Shown here: one piece after another, positions 59,364-64,000 of the stretch
Layout: each line of letters begins with the position of its first letter
Position numbering within the stretch: position 1 is the first letter of the stretch
From: Guillardia theta CCMP2712
Taxonomy: Eukaryota > Protista > Cryptophyta
Length of the DNA stretch: 64,000 bases
Reading direction: 5' to 3'
NCBI RefSeq assembly: GCF_000315625.1
Contig: NW_005434634.1
Coordinates: forward strand, 210,531-274,530
Notes under the pieces: model-generated
Database searches by the model: none
What the model saw: only the letters and a program-made list of their open reading frames with translations
Told to the model about the DNA's origin: nothing
Translations under genes and position numbers: made by a program

Positions 59364-60662
59364 TATTGTTTGTTCGAGAGGAACTCAAAGTTGCAAGCTT
59401 CGATGTAGAGGATGGAGGCAAACCCAACAATGTCAAGCGAACGATCGGAATGGGCCAGTCGTGTTGCACAGATGCGGAGAAAGCCTCCGAATAAACTTGA
59501 TCGCCCAAGGGGAAGCAGGGCATGAAGGGGTACTCGAAGAAGTTGGAGGAAAAGACGATACATTTGGGGGGTCTGGTACAAAAAGGGTGGGTGATGAAGT
59601 AAGGGGGTTGCTCCTCTACCCTATCTAGAACATATCATTGATTGATAAAGATACGGGTACAAGAATGAATGTCTGGGTGAGTGTTGCAAGATGATATTAT
59701 GTACTGGTGGGGTAGGTGAGGAAAAATGGCTCCTTAGGGGTGGAGGGTCATACTTCAATCGTTGTGATATGAGGAATTGCTCAGGAAATCGTGTAAGGGT
59801 GGCTGTCCAATATCACATCGGTTCGCACCTCGTCTCCGATATCCAAACTGTCGATCAGGTGCTAAGTTGCTGAAAGTGGATATCCTGAGACCTCTTCATC
59901 GACCCTTACAGGAAAGGCTTACAAGAACAGACGCCTATCACGTGAGAGTAAGCACTAGTATACGTGTTAAAGGAGACTGTCACGAGGGCAGGAAAGATTG
60001 TTCGCTCTTAGTAACGTGACCATGGAGCAAATTATGACCCTTCGCCCGTGACAGCTGAGATCTCCCGGACAGTAATAAAACAATCACGAATCGGAATTAT
60101 TGAATCGGAATCGGAGCGGATATCAAACGGCCTCCCCGCCGTGGCACTCACTCAGCGGCTCACGTGACTTGAGCGGTACGGTCAGAGACTGCACCGTCTC
60201 TTTTACTCAAAGTTAAGCACCGTCCATACTCACGGTGAGGGTCGCAATCTCATTTGGCAACTGAAGGTACCGGTCATCGGGCAATGGACACGGACAGGGC
60301 CCGGCGTCCGAGCGCGGACCGGCCACCGGGCTTCCGGAGTCCGGGGTGCCGCTGGGACGCCTCCGGGGACGCCGCGGGCCTGCCTCCGAGTGCCACTCCA
60401 CGTAGCCTGGACTTCGAACAGGCATCCGCAATTCGTAATCCGATTCAGACTCAGGCCGGTCACCGGATCGCGGCGAAGACGGTCTGGACTCGGGACTCGC
60501 CGTGATCATGATAGGCCCGGGGCCTCTCAGTGTACCGTACTACTGGCAGGGCCCAGCCTGGCGAAGCAGACAACTTTCAGTTCTTGTGGTTCTCTGGGGC
60601 GGATTTGTTCTAGATTCGACCAACTAGTAGGGAGGGCCGTCGGTCGAGATGGAGGAGATAGG

Positions 60663-63600
60663 ATGATATGGCGCAAGTGGAGCAGAAGACAAGTTATCCT
60701 CTCTCTCCTCTCTCTTTCTGCGCTCATACCAGGATCTGCGCAATACACATGTATGTAGCATGACTTTGCATCTTGTGAATTCATCTTGATCGATAAACGT
60801 GACAGGTACGCACCTGGTAAGTTGCTTTCTTAGTTTGCCATGCATAGTTGTTGACAACCGAGACTAGAGCTCGGGCATCTCTCAGACTGCACCTTGCTCC
60901 ATCAACGTCACATACAGTGCTTATGAAGACCACGAGTACGGTGATGGTGGAAGGGGCGGACAACTGTTTGGCGCGCAGGGACCCAACGGATTCACTTGCA
61001 ACATTCATGGAGAGTGTAAAGGATCGCTACAAGTATATTCTTCTTGTCTGCTTCATCCAACGTTGACATGATCATGCAGCAAGATCCGCTGCAGCTTCTT
61101 GGAACTGATAGCCTTGGATGCTGTACTTTGTTCACATCTTGCAATGCTTGAATGAAATTGTCACAGGTTGCAGCTCGGGTACCAAAGGACTAGGGCTTGA
61201 TGTAGGATATTATCAGTGGACCCCTGCTACCATCCAGCATTATCGAGAATGCTCTACTTCAGTATCGCCAGAGCCATGCGTGCCTGAGGCATGCGAGTTT
61301 GAAGTGATAGGGTATCCTGGAAAAGGAACTTTACATGCTATCACAGAGTACGGAGGGCGGGGAAGCATTCTTGGTCCTTGCTCGCAATCCTCTCCGTGCA
61401 AAGTGCCACCGAGATTTAACACGAACATGGTGATGTTTGATTGCTCAAGTCTTGATGAGTCTGAAACACTCTCAACAGCCAGCAGTAAATGGTCAAACAA
61501 GAATAGGCAGGTTTCAGAACAATATTCTGATATTCAAACCATTAGATGGAGATGTTGGGCAGTGCAGTCAGACAAACTTTAACTGTATCGGATTCACAGC
61601 AAACCTTTTCTGGGAGTCAGGATACGAGGATCTATTTCTATATACTTCCCTGGAATTTCAAGTCAGGTCCTTCACGTGGAAATACTCCACCGACCACATC
61701 GGAATTTTCCAAACATTCAGAAATACTATACAGGTAAATTAAGATAAAGTTTGGAGCAAAGTATGATTTTGAATCTTGTTTCGATAGGATAATTATGTAC
61801 AATTGTTGGAAGACAGATATCAACGATATCTTCATCAGAATGAAACAGATCTGTTTTATGTCCAGGTGTTGTCTTCTTTTCGTGAATATTCACGGTGACG
61901 CTTGAGTTATAGGGATGTCCTTGCATTGAAATCAATTCCATGTCGTTCGAATGCAATGCAGTAAATTCCAACTGCTCTCTGAATGGAACCTCTGGTCGAA
62001 TCCTCATCATCGATTTTCGAAGCATGGCCGCTATTGATGGCGGATTGTGTCTGCTGGACTCTGCTTCAGTATGCACTGGATTGCAGCCTGAGCTGTCGAT
62101 TATCTATTCAGCAATCAACAATGGTTCGGTCAGTCAAGTGAAATCAATTTGCAAAAATCAATGCACAGGAGCTGTTTACTCCCTGTCAAGGGAACAAACA
62201 GGTCTTAGTAGGTCATCCACGACCAAAACAAAAATAATACCTTACAATGATCGCCCATCAATAGGTGGTGCCGGATTTGCAATGAGATTTGACGGAATTG
62301 ATGATTTCATCGCGGGTTCTGTCGATGTCTTTCCTTCCGAGGAATTCACGATCATGTTGTGGGTGAGGTGCTCAGACAATGAAAGGCTGGGGCAGGGGAT
62401 TATGCAATATATCTCTGAAAGCTATGGATTAGAGTTTGCACTGTTCACTCCAGAAAATCTTGAATTCACATTGCAAGGATCTTCGTCGGGTCCGACTGGA
62501 ATTAATGTGAACGATCTCCAGTGGCATCACATTGCTGTGACTTGGGTGCAAAACCAAACTTTTCTATCTGATCACACTTTGCATCAAGCCCAATATGCCA
62601 AGCTCTTCATAGATTGTTTTATGTTGTTAGATCGTGCAAATCCGAGGCAATCACAATCGACGTATCCAGGTGGCAATGCAGAGATTCTCTGCAGTCAGGC
62701 TGTAAACGAAGAAGGCTGGGCATGGAGTGGAAAACTTGATCTGCAATCGAAGATTGGTAAGACGGGAGAATTTTCTGTTGGACAACGGCTTGCCTGCAAT
62801 TCTTCAACAAAGGACATCAGAAACAGGTACGAACGATCCATCGGATTGAACCAGAACTCGACCTTCTGCAGAAGTATAGTGAATGATACATGTGACCCTG
62901 CATTCAATAGTACCCCAAGTGTGTACATTCCTGGCATTTACGTTCCAGACCCGAGTTGTAGAAAGACAGCTTCAGGAATATATATGAAAGTTCAACAGCA
63001 AATCAATTGCACAAATACGACGGACCCTTATGCAACACGAACGTATGGTGCTGTTCAACAGATAATTGCTGCAAACAGAATGTTTTCAAACGATAACATG
63101 TTAAACACTGGAAATGTTGCTACAGAGTATAGCATACCTGAAATTTCGCGTGCTGAGCAACAGATCAGGATTCAATCCTTCTGCATATCAGGATGTTTTG
63201 ACTCAAGCAATGCGTTTCTAGGACTGATTGACGATGTTCGAATATACAACTTTTCCATGACGAGCAGACAGATTTCTTTTCGAAACCAGTATTCTGCTCG
63301 TGATGGGGTAAACTGCGAGAATGTGCAAGTGCCACAAGTAGGAAAGTCCGCATTCCAAGGTTGTAGTCACATGATAGACACTTCTTACAAGTATGGTCTG
63401 GTTCTGTACTGGCCATTCGATGATTCTTTTTCACTGTACGGGACGTCTTCCACTTCTCAGAATGGTCTAGCTTCACCCATCAACAACCTTGAGTCATATG
63501 ATGTCGCTCAAGTATCCTACAACAAAATTGGAAACTTTGCTAGTGGATCAAAGTACGCTTTGAACATGGGAATGGGTTTCAACAGTACAGCACCAATGAG

Positions 63601-64000
63601 GGTGCCTTCCAGTGCACCGGTCTATGGGTCGAAGCTGGACTTCTTGTATTATGCGTCTGGGACTACTCAACTTGTCGAATTGAAGATCAAAGACGTGGAC
63701 ACTTGTGTGAATACGTTCGATTTCCTCAACACAGGCTCTGATACCTACCCGACATACACTTGTACGACTGTTACCGAGTGTTCTGACAGCCCTTGTGTGA
63801 ACTTCAGGATCCTTTTGTATTCTTCCAATTTAGCAGGTCTGTGTAGGCTTACGTGCTTCGGAATCGTGACGTATCCGCGAGTCAAGAGTGAATGTGTTTA
63901 CAACTTGCCATCCACCATCTTTCCAACTCAGCCTGTTTATATTTGCTCCCCTTTTCCAAATTGCCAAGGAGAAAAATGTTTTGTGGATTCCAAAATCACG
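60663..64000 (+). CDS. Large secreted Cys-rich protein with LamG/pentraxin (concanavalin A-like) domain; continues beyond the window
   Basis: Signal peptide MIWRKWSRRQVILSLLSLSALIPGSA. GFAMRFDGIDDFI, FTIMLWVR, NDLQWHHIAVTW, FLGLIDDVRIYN, GLVLYWPFDD. Confidence 0.65.

Noticed and set aside
1-64000. rRNA, tRNA, transposase or reverse-transcriptase genes; menB, menA, menG
   Set aside because: No recognisable motifs found by eye; small or highly spliced cases could have been missed.

Overview
Gene-dense eukaryotic nuclear DNA with many short (about 40-60 nt) GT-AG introns and some longer introns full of (CCT)n/(GGA)n repeats. It most likely comes from a cryptophyte alga such as Guillardia theta; this is an inference from the bipartite presequences, SP+LRGG leaders, a divergent RWP-RK factor and the intron style. 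Sixteen protein genes can be reconstructed: a partial HAD-IIA hydrolase, an IQ/EF-hand protein, an AAE14-type MenE, a CxxC..HxC zinc-knuckle protein, a beta-amylase, a TruD/Pus7, a multi-exon MenF-MenD-MenH-MenC fusion, SPINDLY, two FUT8/NodZ-like (GT23) fucosyltransferases, an IPT/TIG protein, a CaMK-type kinase fused to a C-terminal cNMP domain, a SAM-PH-AIDA-C2 protein, PIG-F, a plastid-targeted TcdA and an RWP-RK factor. Also present are a membrane protein, a coiled-coil protein and a partial LamG-domain protein. The highlight is a vitamin K (phylloquinone) locus. Its tetrafunctional fusion has the order F-D-H-C, which is reaction order and differs from plant PHYLLO (F-D-C-H), and it has no visible plastid-targeting leader. 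It lies about 12.7 kb from a MenE whose spliced C-terminus ends in a PTS1-like -SRV. No rRNA, tRNA, CRISPR array or transposase was seen. Exon boundaries were inferred by eye, so gene ends are approximate.
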